A DNA stretch of 64,000 nucleotides from Felis catus. Its lineage: Eukaryota. The notes under the pieces are model-generated. The model was not told the origin of the DNA. It saw only the letters and a program-made list of their open reading frames with translations, and made no database searches. The stretch lies in the NCBI RefSeq assembly GCF_018350175.1, contig NC_058369.1, positions 25,050,001 to 25,114,000 on the forward strand. The letters are read 5' to 3'. Numbering within the stretch: position 1 is the first letter of the stretch; every line of letters starts with the position of its first letter. Shown here piece by piece: positions 11,763-25,150 of this stretch. The position numbers and the translations under genes are program-made.

Positions 11763-12863
11763 AATCTGAATATAGCCTGGTGTCTCTAACACTGGGAGTG
11801 TACTAGGAGGCAGGTGAAGCCACAGAATAAACACAGTCCATCAACTTGACTTTGCAGGAAGCCATGCCAGCCATTATTTGTATGTTTCAACAAGAACGGA
11901 ATGTCAATTTACATGAGATTTTAAAGATAAGTCTGGGAAGAAATTTAAAATCAAGTGACCTTCACATTGATCTTCCCTTGTACAAGACACACAAAGGGCT
12001 GAGTCTGCTTCCTCTTTGATCAGAGGTTGGGAAGTGTCCAGAAGTCAGAGAGAGTCACAGCTCCTCCTTCTCCTGACTTCATGGTCCACCCACAGTTCTC
12101 CTCTGGCAAAAGGTCCTGGTAAGACTCTATCAGGGAGCTGCTTTCATTTGATTACAAATTAGAGACGAAACTGCTTTAAGTATAAGCCCTTACAGCTAAC
12201 AAGGACAACCCCAATGTTACTTTTTTTTTTTTTTTTGTATCTCTATTCACCAGGTGAAGTTCGTTCTTGCATGGAGAGATTAGACCTGCAGATTTTAAAT
12301 TAAGGTGAGAAACAACAACACAAATAGGCATTTAATTACAGTCTTAGAATGGAAGCCTGGTTTGATTCTTGGTCTCCATGATTGGTGGGAACACTGGAGA
12401 CTTATAATCAGGAGCCTTAGAAGTGTGGAGGCAGGTGTCAAAATCATTTAACCTGCCCTTATATACTGCAGGCAAAAGTGTGAGCTTATATAAGTGAACT
12501 TTCTGGAAGATGCTCTGATAATACCAATAAAATGACTAATAGGAACAACTGTGGGGAAATCATGGATATACTTTGACCAAGACCTATGCAGAAGGGTGTT
12601 TACTGTAGCACTGTTTATAATAGCAAGACACTGGAAACAAAATGTCCACCAAAACAGACTGGCTAAGTAAAACTAGTCTATCCATATAATGAGACATACC
12701 ATGCTATTAGAAAGAATAGTGTAGAGCCACCCAGTGTATGGAAAGACCTCCAGGATATATTGAGTTACCAAAATAATAATAATAGAATAATAATAATAAA
12801 CAGTATGCGCAGACTGTTTCCTGCTATGTCAAATTCTTAAAATTAAAGGAGAAAAAGTACAAA

Positions 12864-13074
12864 GGCGCCTGGGTGGCTCAGTCGGTTAAGCATCCAACTC
12901 CTGATTTCGGCTCAAGTCATGATCTCACAGTTCATGGGATAAAGCTGCACATCAGGCTCTGTGCTGACCGTGTGGGGCCTGCTTGGGATTCTCTCTCTCT
13001 CCCTCTCTCTCTGTCCTTCCCCCACTCATGCTCACTCTCTCTCTCAAAATAAATAAACATTAAAAAAAGAAAAC
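12864..13074 (+). mobile_element. Can-SINE
   Basis: TSD agaaaaagtaca. Confidence 0.9.
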
Positions 13075-13656
13075 AGAAAAAGTACATACTCTCATATACA
13101 TACATACACCCTGATATATGTATTAAGTTTTTCCTGTAAGGAAGCACATGAAACTGGGGACAAGCCTATGGTAGGAAGAAGATTATCGCTTTTTATTTGG
13201 TGCTTTCTTGTACTTATGTACCCTAAGCATATATATATATATATATGTCATTTTATTAATACCATTATAGATTATCTGGGTACTCGAACAACTGTCCTTT
13301 TGTTTGGTGGTGGCTATTTCCTTTATGTGTCTCTGTACTAAAAAGAAAGATGATACATCTAAAACCATTTTTTTTTAAAAAACAGATACATGCAGGTAGG
13401 TTGGACTTGGAGGCATCAGAACAAATTCATGGTTATACACACACATTTGTGTTTTTCCCTACCTCTATCTACTGAGAGGTATAAAAGCAGTGGCACCCTA
13501 GGAGCTATAAACACACCCAGGGCCCAGATCTTATTTTTAAACTGCCATTATCCACTAAAGGGACCCAGGGCTCCTTGGAGAAAAAGCTAATTCCAGGGCT
13601 AGGACAGGGAAAATACAAGATGATCCTGGTAATCTTTTCGTATAAAGAAGTAATGA

Positions 13657-13870
13657 GGGGTGCCTGGGTGGCTCAGTCTAAGTGTCTGACTCTTGATTTC
13701 AGTTCAGGTCATGATCTCATGGTTCGTGGTTTCGAGCCCCACATCAGGCTCTGCACTGACTGTGTGGAGCCTGCTTGGGATTCTCTCTCTCCCTCTCTCT
13801 GTGCCCCTCTTCTGCTCACTCTCTCTCTGTGTCTCAAAATAAATGAACTTAAAAAAAAAAATAAAAGAAG
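13657..13870 (+). mobile_element. Can-SINE
   Basis: Head at 13657; outer TSD aaagaagtaatga recurs at ~14143. Confidence 0.9.
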
Positions 13871-13871
13871 A

Positions 13872-14100
13872 GGGGCACCTGGGTGGCTCAGTCTGTTAAG
13901 TGTCCAACTTCAGCTCAGGTCATGATCTTGTGGTCCATGGGTTCGAGCTCCACATTTGGCTCTGTGCTGACAGCTCAGAGCTTGGAGCCTGCTTCAGATT
14001 CTGTGTCTCCCTCTCTCTGCTCCTCCCCTGCTCGCACTCTGTCTCTCTTTCTCTCTCTCAAACGTAAAAATAAACATTAAGAAAATAAAAAAAGAAATAA
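13872..14100 (+). mobile_element. Can-SINE nested in the A tail of the previous SINE
   Basis: A second head directly follows the A-rich tail. Confidence 0.9.
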
Positions 14101-14949
14101 AAGAAGAAGAAAGTGTATAGTTTTTAAAAAATAATTTAAAAAAAAGAAGTAATGAAATGTTCTAAGAACAAGGGATAGAATCACCAGCTTATAGGGCTCT
14201 CCCCAGCCACATCTGAGACAATGAGTATCAAATGAATGATAGTTAGCAATGGACCAGAACTCACCAAAAAAACTAGGAATCCATGAACCCCTGCTGACAT
14301 AAACAATTGAATGAATAAATGGCGGAGAAGGGAAATCTTTTCTGTTAGAACACTAACAAATAAACAGAGATGGGATGATGGAGTTTAGCATCAATAGATG
14401 CTAAAACTAAGTAGGTTAACATTTCATGACAAATAGGACTGCCATAGTTTTGATTTACTTGTTACTTAAAAAGGGAAAGACCATAACTTTACAATGGAGA
14501 AACTTACAAGATGCCACCTGAACTAAGTAATCAAAGCTAATGTCACCAATACTGATATAAAAACTGATATCCCGAATCCTCTGATATGACACACTGAGAA
14601 AAACACTGTATCAGTCCTGTAAATATTCCTATGAAAAATGCGCAGCCTAAAAAAAGTATTCTCCCATCACTCTAGATATTTTTTAAATGTGTAATCTGAA
14701 TCTAAACACATGAAGAAATATTTAATAAACCCACATTGAGGGAAACCATTCAACATAAGTGGCCTCTACTCTTTAAAACTCTCAAAATCAAGAAATACCA
14801 AGAAATCCCGGGGAACTGTTCTAGATTAAAGGAGGCTAAAGAATACATGACAATAAATGCAATGCATGACCCTGAACTGGATTCCAGACCAGGAAGAAAA
14901 TAGCTATAAAACACTGTAACAGTTGGCAAATTTTAAAAATGAATAAATG

Positions 14950-15199
14950 ATGGGAATGCAAGCTGGTGCAGCCACTCTGGAAAACAGCATGGAGGTTCCT
15001 CAAAAAACTAAAAATAGAACTACCCTATGACCCAGAATTGCACTACTAGGCATTTATCCATGGGATACAGGTGTGCTGTTTCGAAGGAACACATGCACCC
15101 CCATGTTTATAGCAGCACTTTCAACAATAGCCAAAGTATGGAAGGAACCCAAATGTCCATTGAGGGATGAATGGATAAAGAAGATGTGGTATATATGTG

Positions 15200-15251
<52 letters not shown>

Positions 15252-15600
15252 GAAGTATTACTTGGCAATCAAAAAGAATGAAATCTTGCCATTTGCAATA
15301 TGCTGAGTGAAATTAGTCAGTCAGAAGAAAGACAAAAATCATATGACTTCACTCATCTGACGACTTTAAGAGACAAAACAGATGAACATAAGGGAAGGGA
15401 AACAAAAGTAATATAAAAATGGAGGGGGACAAAACAGAAGAGACTCATAAATACAGAGAACAAACTGAGGGTTACGGGAGGGGTTGTGGGAGGGGGGGAT
15501 GGGCTAAATGGGTAAGAAGCACTAAGGTATCTACTCCTGAAATCATTACCGCACTATATGCTAATTTGGATGTAAATTAAAAAAATAAAAATAAAAAGCA
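14950..15600 (+). mobile_element. 5'-truncated carnivore L1 (ORF2 C-terminal remnant plus 3'UTR) with internal (CA)n
   Basis: Translation TCTPMFIAALSTIAKVWKEPKCP...EWIKKMWYI is the L1 ORF2 C-terminus; A tail at ~15580. Confidence 0.92.
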
Positions 15601-15797
15601 TTTAAAAAAATGAATGAATCAGTTAACATATTCTGTCAATATTAAATTTCCTGCTTTTGATAATTATATGGTATGTGAGGATGCTCTTGTTCTTACACTG
15701 AAGTATTCAAGGCCCAAGGGACATAATATCTGTAACTCATTCTCAAATAGGAAGAGAAAAATAATTCATATTTATAGGTTATATAAATGTTTACTAT

Positions 15798-15990
15798 ATG
15801 TGTGTGTGTGTGTGTGTGTATTCTCCACTATTTATATATGGTGTATACATATATATAGTATATACTACATATACATACATATATATATACATACATATAT
15901 ACATATATATACATATATATATAATATACATATATATACATATATATATACACAGAGATACACAGAGACAGAGAGACAAAGAGAGACAGA
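15798..15990. repeat. (TG)n/(TA)n/(TACA)n low-complexity tract
   Basis: Read directly. Confidence 0.9.
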
Positions 15991-16417
15991 GAAATAAAGC
16001 AAATGTAAATAACAATTGTAAATAAACAATGAATCTGGGTAAAGTATCTTACTCTAGACACCCAACTTTTCTCTAAGTTTGAAATTATATTACAGTTGCC
16101 AAAAACAAAACAAAATAAATTCACAAATAACGTACACACTCCTCCCCTCCCCAAGCAAAATACGTGCCATGTCCATTTGTTCCTCTTTGGGGCATCAGAT
16201 ATCCATGCACTGCCCAACTCCAGTGGGGATCAGGCCCTCTGGGCTCAGCTCTGCAGTATCTGTTAACCCTTGGTGTCCGAGGGCCTAGAGCTCCTACAGG
16301 TGCAGAGTCCATCCAGGCACTCCAGCAGAACTTGCTTGGGTTTTAGCTGGGATATAATTTCTCAGGCCCAAGAAGAATATAATTTAAGAATTACTTAATC
16401 AAGAATAGCTCTCTCCC

Positions 16418-16644
16418 TTTTTTTTTTTTTAATTTTTTTAACGTTTATTTATTTTTGAGACAGAGAGAGACACAGCATGAACGGGGGAGGGTCAGAGAGA
16501 GAGAGGGAGACACAGAATCCGAAACAGGCTCCAGGCTCTGAGCTGTCAGCACAGAGCCCAACGCGGGGCTTGAACTCACGAACCGCGAGATCATGACCTG
16601 AGCCGAAGTCGGACGCTTACCCGACTGAGCCACCCAGGAGCCCC
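16418..16644 (-). mobile_element. Can-SINE
   Basis: TSD aagaatagctctct / aagagtagctctct. Confidence 0.92.
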
Positions 16645-17571
16645 AAGAGTAGCTCTCTTCCAAACAAACTGGAATCTTTCACAAGAAGACGTTTATCCTT
16701 AAATTTTTCAGTAGGAAAGAAACAACTGTGAGGAAAATAACTGTGTAATAGTTATTATCCTTTCCCTGCAAATAAGGTATTTGAATATGCTAACAACCTC
16801 TCTTAACATAGCTCCTCTGATTGGTGTCTCAGGAGGCGACTGGAGCCTCAGGAGAAGCCACAGACAGTCCATGTGGCAAAGACTTCTCATCCAGTCCACC
16901 TAGAGTTCATTAGCTCCAGTTTTCAGAGGAGTCTTGACCAACTTGAGAATAATGCTCTTGGCAAAAGCCTGCAGAAAAGCCATCAGGACAATAATGTGAA
17001 AGTGAGCCACCACTTCTGATGGGATATCTGGAAAGATGTCAACTGTGATTAGAAGGACATTTTCCTCCTGCAGCTGTCTCTGAAAGTGGAGGAGGACCTC
17101 ATCACAATGCCAAATTACGTGAGGCGGGCAAACACCAGGGACACGTAGGTGTCTTCAGAGCACCCCTCCTTCATGGCACGATCATGTCCTGTCAAGTTTT
17201 GAGTAAAAAAGCAAAAGCTGTGGTGAGCCACAAATGGGCTGCGGGGGGGGGGGGGGGAGTACTCTGTGCTAAATTTTCTAATCCTGAATTTTTGCTTCAA
17301 AGCCTATCTCAATCACTTTTATCCTGAAGTCTGAAACCAACGTCTGGATTTTGCAAAATCAAAGCATATTTATCCAGCATTTAATCTATTTCCCAGGAAA
17401 TCGGTGTTTTACTAAGAACAGAATTCTTTCACGCCCAGAACTTCCCTGGACATTTCTAAATCCTAACCCAGCACACAGAAAAGGCTCAACAAATGTTTGT
17501 GGACGGATACATGTGAACAAATGAACACATTTGCCCACAAAAAGGCAAATATAAAGCTGTAGAATTAAAAA

Positions 17572-17759
17572 TTTTTTTTCTTTGTTTTCATTTTTTTGGA
17601 GGGGAGGAGGAAGGGCAGAAAGAGAGAGACAGAATCTTAAGCAGGCTCCACGCTCAGTGCAGAGCCCAACACAGGGCCTGATCCTACAACCCTGGGATCA
17701 TGACCTGAGCCGAAATCAAGAGTCAGACACGTAACCAACTGAACCACCCAGGTGCCCCC
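17572..17759 (-). mobile_element. Can-SINE
   Basis: TSD aaagctgtagaatt. Confidence 0.9.
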
Positions 17760-17914
17760 AAAGCTGTAGAATTTCTCTTCAGGAAAACTAAACACCAAGA
17801 AGTGTCATCCATAAAATTTCATTTTTGATCCTCGGGCCCACGGTATTCCTGAATTTTGACAATAGAAACCCAGGAACGACAAGAGACTCACGTAAAAGAA
17901 TTTCACCAAATGGG

Positions 17915-18260
17915 TTCATTCAGTCAACAAATATTTTGTTGAGCACATAATATGTGCGAGGTACTATGCAAGCTAGATACATGCTTAACAAAAGAGATAC
18001 AGGTCCCTGCCCTCAGAAACAATAGGTCTAACTGGGGAGAGTCGAGTAGGGGACAGAGACAATAAACCAGTAAGCAAACAAACGGGCTAGTTTTAGTGTA
18101 CTAAGAGTTATGAAGAAAGTAAACCAGGGTAATATGAAAATCTGTGAAAGGGGGTAGAGGCAGAGACTCTAGAAAGAGAAGTCAAGGAGGCTTCTTGGAG
18201 GACATCTGAGAAGAAACCTAAGCAGAATGTAGATGGGTGAGAAGGAAGAGTTTCTAAACG
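17915..18260 (-). mobile_element. L2 3' fragment
   Basis: ttcattcagtcaacaaatatt...gagcac...tatgtgc is the reverse of the L2 3' end. Confidence 0.65.
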
Positions 18261-18455
18261 CCTCTCACCATTAAAGGTTCAAGTTCTTTCCTCTCACATA
18301 TTCCCAAAACAGTCCCTGATGCTTGTTCTAATTGGCCAGTGCCCATGCACATGTGGTGCTCCCACACCTGATGCTCATTCTGATTGGCCAGAACCCATTC
18401 ATGTGATTTTTTACATGGAAAATCATCATGTCTGATTAATAAGGATGATATTTCT

Positions 18456-18583
18456 GGGGTGCCTAGGTGGCTCAGTTGGTTAGGTGTCTGGCTCTTAATT
18501 TTGGCTCAGGTCATGATCTCACTGTTCATGAGTTCGAGCTCTGCATTGGGCTCTGTGCTATTAGCATAGAGACTACTTGGGAT

Positions 18584-18641
<58 letters not shown>

Positions 18642-18692
18642 GTCTCCCTCTCTCCCTCCCTCAAAATAGATAAATCAACTTTAAAAGAAAAA
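18456..18692 (+). mobile_element. Can-SINE with expanded (CT)n
   Basis: TSD aataaggatga. Confidence 0.9.
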
Positions 18693-19249
18693 TAAGGATG
18701 AGATCTGTATTAGGATAATTTTCCTCAGTTTATTTGAAAAGAAAATGGGGGTGAATAATTTTATTCTTCTTCGTGTTATTTTCAGCCATGAAAAATGTCC
18801 TGAATTTCTGCAGACTTGTTAATTCCTCTAAAACTCTGTGTAAAGTCAGGTCTTGGCCCACCTCCCACCTCCAACCCTCATTCTCTCTGCTCTGGGCTCC
18901 AGCCTTCTGTAATCTCAGTTCCTCTTCCTCCAAGCTCCCTCATGCCTGGAGTCCTCTCCCCTCCTCCCTTTCTTGCAGTGACCTGCTCATCTTTCAAATG
19001 CCAGCCCTGACAAGGGAAGTATTCCAAGATGGTTCTAAACCAGATCAAATCTCCCAGTTATATCCTCTCAGCATCATGTGTTTCTTCTTTGTTGTACTAA
19101 CCCATCAAAATGTCGCCATTTACTTGTGTGATTCCTTGATTCATATCTGATTCCTCCCTCAGAGCTGAGGTCAATGAGTGCAGAAACCAGATCAAGTTTC
19201 ACCCACTGCAGCACCTCTAGCACCTTCCACTATGAGGGTAGAATTTAAT

Positions 19250-19347
19250 GCTATGCTGTCACCACCTTGAAATTCTTAGAAACTTCTTAACAAGGGCCCT
19301 GCATTTTCATTCTTCCCTGGACCTCACAAATTATGTAGCCAGTCCTG
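19250..19347 (-). mobile_element. MER45-like hAT-Tip100 fragment
   Basis: aacaagggccctgcattttcatt...acaaattatgtagccagtcctg terminus. Confidence 0.55.
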
Positions 19348-20344
19348 AGAAAGAAAGAATGTATAGGGACTCTTCCGTGATTGGTACTCATTCTGAAGCC
19401 ACCTTCTGGTTCTGAGGCCACCATCCCTAAAAATCCAAAGCAAGTTTGATGTCCAAGCATCTATTCATTCAAATAGCACACAGATATTTATTAGGCAACT
19501 CTACTTGCCCACAGAGTCGAGCCCTTCTGAGCACAGAGCCCTGTCTATGAAGCTGGCCCTACTCCTGCCTTCCTCTTGGAGGTCCCGATCCCATGTTACT
19601 TACAGATGCTTCCGACTCTTCTGATATATCCTGGGGCATATGCCACCCTGGACTTGACCACTGTCTGGAACAGTCTAGGTTTCATGGGACAGGACCTCCT
19701 TGGCATGGGCCCAACCCTGAGGACAAGAAATTCTGTCCCCATTAGAACTTCAGTTCTGCCTTCTTGGCCTGCCTTTTGGTTCAGGCCCACACAGAATCTC
19801 TATCATGCAGAAGCACCTTTTTAATCTCCCTAATTTTGAAATCCTGGTTCTCCTCAGGATGTTGTAAAAAGCCTTGCCAGAAAATGGCTCCCTGAGTTTG
19901 GCAACACTGCCTGCTGTGTTTCAGCAGGCTTATCTGTGATGCATCTGTAAGTGTTTACTTGAGTGGCCACAGACCCACAGTGTTGTTCTACTCACTGGAT
20001 GTCTCCCACTGAAAAACAACTGATAAATGCCACACAGTGAATTAAATTTACAGGCAAATTCAGGAGTGCCAAGTCTGTTAGAAAGTTATAATACCATCTT
20101 GACAGAGGGTTAGCAAAAGTGGAGACCGATGTTATTCATCAGAATAGAGTGTCACCAATATGTTAAGGAGAATGCTAGAGAGAGTTGAACACTAAGCATT
20201 TCAATAGATTTTTGAATTCAAAGAAAGAAAAGTGATATGTTGACTTATACCATTTGGGTATCTACTGAGGCTAGTATTTCCCAAAGGATGGGTCTGGTGC
20301 AACAGTGGTTTGTAAGATCATGTTAGGCAGAATGTTTACCAGCT

Positions 20345-20765
20345 GTCTTAGTTTGCGTTGCACCCAAAGCAGATCCTGGGCTAAAGATTCAGGTATAAGC
20401 TTTTTTACATGGGAGGCAATCCCCCAAGAACTGTAGGGAGTGGGGACGTGAGACAGGGAGAGGGGGAAGCCATTTAAAGGGTGTGGAGCCAGCGGGTTAC
20501 GGTTCCAGCCATGGGCAGCCAGAGTTCAACCCACTGAGGACGGAAAGACCGTGTAGGACATACCTCATAATTTTCCACTGAGGGATGAGGTGGGGCAAGT
20601 ATTCCATCCACTAACTCCTGCCTCTCTTTGACGGAGAAGGGATCCTCAGGATGTTAACTCCCCTGGCTGGAAATCCCCTCAAGTAGAAGGGCACAGGAAG
20701 TCACAGGTGGGTACAGGGGACTCTGCAGGTGATAAGAGCCGGGGCACTGGGAGAGTCTGCTTTAC
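20345..20765 (-). mobile_element. LTR16-like ERVL solo LTR
   Basis: tgtcttagttt...gagtggggacgtgagacagggagagggggaagcc is the reverse of the LTR16 3' part. Confidence 0.7.
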
Positions 20766-21031
20766 CCAGATCCAATCACATAATAAGAAAGTCATTATGT
20801 TTTCAGTTCACTGTCCAGTTTGAATCCATCAAAGAGAAAGGCTGAGCTTGGGTTACCTCACCTTAGATGCCCACCTAATCCTTACCAACCTCGGTCTTTC
20901 TCTTCTGGGTTCAGAGGCTCAGGTAACAGCACCTAGCTAGAATTTAGTTACATTGTTCTGTGTATATTTATTTGTCTTAATAGTTCCATTCTATTTAATG
21001 CAAGCATACTGGTTTTCACAATAATATAAAC

Positions 21032-21236
21032 TTTTTTTTGAGGGGGGTAGGAAGCACACACATGCATGCATGAGCCAGGAAGGAGCAGAGAGAAAAGAGA
21101 GAGAGAACCCCAAGCAGGTTCCATGCCCAGCATGGAGCCTGAGGGACACAGGGCTCAATCCCACAACCATGAGATCATGACCTGAGCCGAAATCAAGAGT
21201 CAGACGCTTAACAAACTGAGCCACCCAGGTGCCTCT
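21032..21236 (-). mobile_element. Can-SINE
   Basis: Head on the minus strand ends at ~21236. Confidence 0.88.
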
Positions 21237-22057
21237 AAACTTTCCATCAAAAATAGAAGAGAAAAAAACTGTTGTTTTGTAGAAAATTACTAAGTATTTT
21301 TCAGTGTTAAGGGCTAAGGTAAAAGGTGATCCACAAAGGTTTAGCAAACACTTTCTTTGTGGAAAATCCCCCTTGTAATTGTCACACAAAGTAACCATCC
21401 CTTGTGTTTTGCTCATGACAAGTGCAGAAGAGCAACACTGCGATGCCCTCTGCCTGGGATGACTGCAAGGGGACTCCTTTTTCCCTGTGGCTTCTGGAGA
21501 GGATCTGTAGTCTTCTGTCTGCCCAGTCATGGATTAAAAATGAAATTCATATCTAGTAGGTCTAACTTTAGCCACAGGAAATGGGAGTGCTTGGGACCCA
21601 AAGGGTTAGCCATACTTTGTTTGAGGATGGACACATTATCTTCACCGAGCCTTCTTCCTTCCCCTTTTTGGGAGGGGAGGGAGTGGAGGCTAAGGTTTGG
21701 GGAATAGGCAGGAAGGGAGGACTGCTGGGTCTGTTTCCTGGTCTCCTCTGTGGGAGATTTCTCCCCTCTCGGTTGTCAGTCCTGGCACTCAAATTTATGC
21801 TACATTTATTAGGACCAAGCAGTGCCCACTTTTGGATGTATTATAAAAGATATTTTGATCATGAAAACCACCCAAATGAGGAATTTAAAAATCCTCTATG
21901 TTGCAAACATCCAGACATCTTGACAGCAGATATGAAATGCTTCTATAAAAAAAACACACACACAAAACAAAAACAAAAACAAAAAACAAAAAAAGTTAAA
22001 AGGAAAAGAAAGAAGGAAAGAAAATTTAAACCTAGTTTTTAAAAACTTGTATTTATC

Positions 22058-22276
22058 GGGGCTCCTGGGTGGCGCAGTCGGTTAAGCGTCCGACTTCAGC
22101 CAGGTCACGATCTCGTGTGGTCCATGAGTTCGAGCCCCGCGTGGGGCTCTGGGCTGATGGCTCAGAGCCTGGAACCTGTTTCCGATTCTGTGTCTCCCTC
22201 TGTCTCTGCCCCTCCCCCGTTCATGCTCTGTCTCTCTCTGTCCCAAAATAAATAAAAAACATTGAAAAAAAAATTT
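22058..22276 (+). mobile_element. Young felid Can-SINE
   Basis: TSD aaaacttgtatttatc. Confidence 0.94.
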
Positions 22277-22437
22277 TAAAACTTGTATTTATCAATTTTT
22301 TCTGGCTTTATTACAATGTACACAACTTGCAGAAATCTATTTTATCAGAAGGTGCAGATCACAAATGATGTTTTCTTTCTCTTAGGGGATGCATACATAG
22401 TAAATAGAGCAAATGAGGAATAATTTTTACCTGGTTG

Positions 22438-22655
22438 TTTTCTTTTTTTTTTTTTAATGTTTATTTATTTTGAGGGAGACAGACAGAGAGTGAGTGGGAA
22501 AGGGGAAGAGAGAGAGGGAGACACAGATTCTGAAGCAGGCTCCAGGCTCTGAGCTGTCAGCACAGAGCCCAACACAGGGCTCCAACTCATGAACCATGAG
22601 ATCATGACCTGAGCTGAAGCCAGACACTTAACCGACTGAGCCACCCAGGCACCCC
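22438..22655 (-). mobile_element. Can-SINE
   Basis: TSD tacctggt. Confidence 0.9.
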
Positions 22656-23164
22656 TACCTGGTGGTTTTCCAGTTTTTTAGGTCATCAAACTAGCTATGT
22701 GACCTCGGGCATTTCACTTTCCCTCTCTGGATATCAGTTTCATTATCTGTAAAATGAGGGAGTCAGACCAGGTGACCTCTGAAGTCTCCTAACATTGTTG
22801 GATCTGTGACAACATGTGGCCAAAGAAAATGCTGAGTGGGGAATATTTCTAAAAATAAATAGGAGATTCTCAATTTGCCTCAAAATCATGGATTACAATC
22901 CTATCTGTAAAGAATATTTTTGAAACATAAGACCCCAGCATAGCCTAGTGAACTGCACAAAGAAGGTGACCCACAAATGCGTACTGAATGAATGGACAAA
23001 GGCACCTTCCCTGAGCATCTTTTGAGGAAACAAGGCTAACGCCAGTATGACCAATGGTCAGTGAGAGAGAATAGAAAATTCAAGAGTTAGGAGAAGAAAG
23101 AAAGGGCAAAAAGGAGAGTGAGCAAGGGAGAGGGGACAGGAGAGAAAAAATAAACACACATAAA

Positions 23165-24000
23165 TAGTCAATGCTGGCTATTCGCAGAAGTTATGTTCTA
23201 CAAAGTCTCCTTGAACAGGGAGTTAATGAATGCAGGGCTAAGTTTCTGAGAGCCTCTGGTCGCAATGTTTTCATCAACCAATCAAGACATAATCTTGTTT
23301 TGGGACACCTGGGTGGCTCAGCTGGTTGAGCGTCCGACTTCAGCTCAGGTCATGACCTCAAGGTTCATGAGTTCGAGACCCGCATCGGGCTCACTGCTGT
23401 CAATGTGGAGCCTGCTTCAGATCTTCTGTGCCCTCCTTTTTCTGCCTCTCCCCTGCTCATGCTCTCACCCTCAAAAATGAATAAACATTACAAAAAAAAG
23501 AAATGACTTACAAAAAAAGACATAATCTTGTTTTATGTGTGTTTCTAATTAAAGACACCTTCTTTAATATATATTGTTGACTCACTAATATTGAACTCAC
23601 AGCCAAGAGCACTATAACTTGTGCCTGCAGGGAGCCTACTGAACACACGTATTTTCTCTATAAGGCGCACTGCAGCCATCCTGTGCTTAGACAACACAGC
23701 ATCGCTACACTCAGGGGCCATGTTAAATAATGAAATGAACAAGTAGCACAAAAATGTGAAAAACACGGTACTAAATAGACCATGAAAAAGACCCTTGTTT
23801 ACAGCATAAGAGCGAAACAATAAGGCAGGTGTTACCTTGATTGACCTCAGGTGAGAACAGGCGTGTACAGTCATTCAAATTTTTTGCTACTCTATTCACC
23901 TCCATGAATGACTGCAAACGTGCTCTGGGTATTGGTTTGGGGGTTACAAACACATTTTAGCAAGTGGGCACATAAAGAATTTCTAAAGGATGAAGACTGA

Positions 24001-24003
<3 letters not shown>
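23165..24003 (-). mobile_element. MER82-like TcMar-Tigger element, split by a Can-SINE
   Basis: Resembles the recalled MER82 consensus; the minus-strand ORF remnant ...EKIRVFSRL..GTSYSALGCEFNISESTIYIK is a Tigger/CENP-B-type HTH. Confidence 0.8.
23302..23516 (+). mobile_element. Can-SINE inside the MER82-like element
   Basis: TSD aagacataatcttgtttt at 23284-23301 and 23517-23534. Confidence 0.93.

Positions 24004-24094
<91 letters not shown>
24003..24094. repeat. (GT)n(GA)n compound microsatellite
   Basis: Read directly. Confidence 0.97.
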
Positions 24095-24098
<4 letters not shown>

Positions 24099-24233
24099 AA
24101 AAAAAGAAATGCATGAAATGAGGAAATGAATGTTTCGCTCGAAAGAGTTTTGGAGTTCACGGTGGGGTCAGGTCCTGCAGAGTGAGGAGAATAGTGTTAC
24201 CATGTTGCTGTACCCCTCTCCCCACACCCTTTT

Positions 24234-24455
24234 TTTTTAAATTTTTTATTTTTAACGTTTATTTATTTTTGAGACAGAGAGGGACACAGCATGAACGGGG
24301 GAGGGTCAAAGAGAGAGGGAGACACAGAATCTAAAACAGGCTCCGGGCTCGAGCTGTCAGCACAGAGCCCGACGCGGGGCTCGAACTCGCGGACCGCAAG
24401 ATCATGACCTGAGCCAAAGTCGGACGCTTAACCGACTGAGCCATCCAGGCATCCC
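24234..24455 (-). mobile_element. Can-SINE
   Basis: TSD tccccacacccttttt. Confidence 0.92.
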
Positions 24456-24499
24456 TCCCCACACCCTTTTTAATCCGAGAGACACAAAGATGCTTCAGG

Positions 24500-24660
24500 C
24501 AGGACTGTCTATATAACTTGCAGAACTCAGAGCAAAATGAAAATGTGGGGCCCCTTGTCCAAAAATAATTCTTTCAGATCAGCTACAGCAGAGTATTAAA
24601 CTGCACATGTGGCCCTTCTGAATGGAGGAAGGACCCTAAGCACCCAAATAGGTACAGGCA
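24500..24660 (+). mobile_element. MER45-like hAT-Tip100 fragment
   Basis: gcaaaatgaaaatgtggggccccttgtccaaaaa. Confidence 0.55.
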
Positions 24661-24951
24661 GGAGAAGTAGGTCGTGGCTTCAGGCCCACAGGGAGGCCTG
24701 AGTCCGGTGAGGATATGTGGCTGGTTCAAAGAAGGCGCTTTACCCCACACTACACTTCTTTGCCCAAAGCCTCAGATCTTGTCTTAATGTCTCAGGCTGG
24801 GCCTTACCCCACACACCAGCCCAGGTCAGGCAGTGCAGAAAAGCCCAATTTCTTTTCCTTCAGTGCAGATCCACCTGGCCCCAAGTTACAGCAAACACCA
24901 TAAGAGCAAGAAGGGTTGACTGGGTGATTTCTATCTAAAACAAAGAGTAGA

Positions 24952-25150
24952 GGGGCACCTGGGTGGCTGAGTTGGTTAAGGGCCAACTTTGGCTCAGGTC
25001 ACCATCTCACGGTCCGTGAGTTTGAGCCCAGTGTCAGGCTCTGTGCTGACAGCTCACAGCCTGGAGCCTAGTTCAGATTCTGTGTCTCCCTCGCTCATGC
25101 TTTGTCTCTCTCACTCTCAAAACTAAATAAACATAATTTTTTTTTTAATA
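24952..25150 (+). mobile_element. Can-SINE
   Basis: Head/CT/tail structure. Confidence 0.88.

Larger units (their letters stand above)
12450..16090 (+). mobile_element. Stack of old L1M (L1ME/L1MC-like) 3' fragments hosting younger SINE and L1 insertions
   Basis: gcactgtttataatagcaagacactggaaac; cagggctccttggagaaa; aattaaatttcctg-like L1M 3' motifs. Confidence 0.6.

Noticed and set aside
17119..17188. Possible 70-nt minus-strand cassette exon (ttgacag|GAC...CAC|gtaatt)
   Set aside because: Weak donor, frame-shifting length and no recognisable peptide.
11300..20765. Two LTR16-like LTRs 9 kb apart as a possible provirus
   Set aside because: They are in opposite orientations, highly diverged, and have no gag/pol between them; they are independent solo LTRs.
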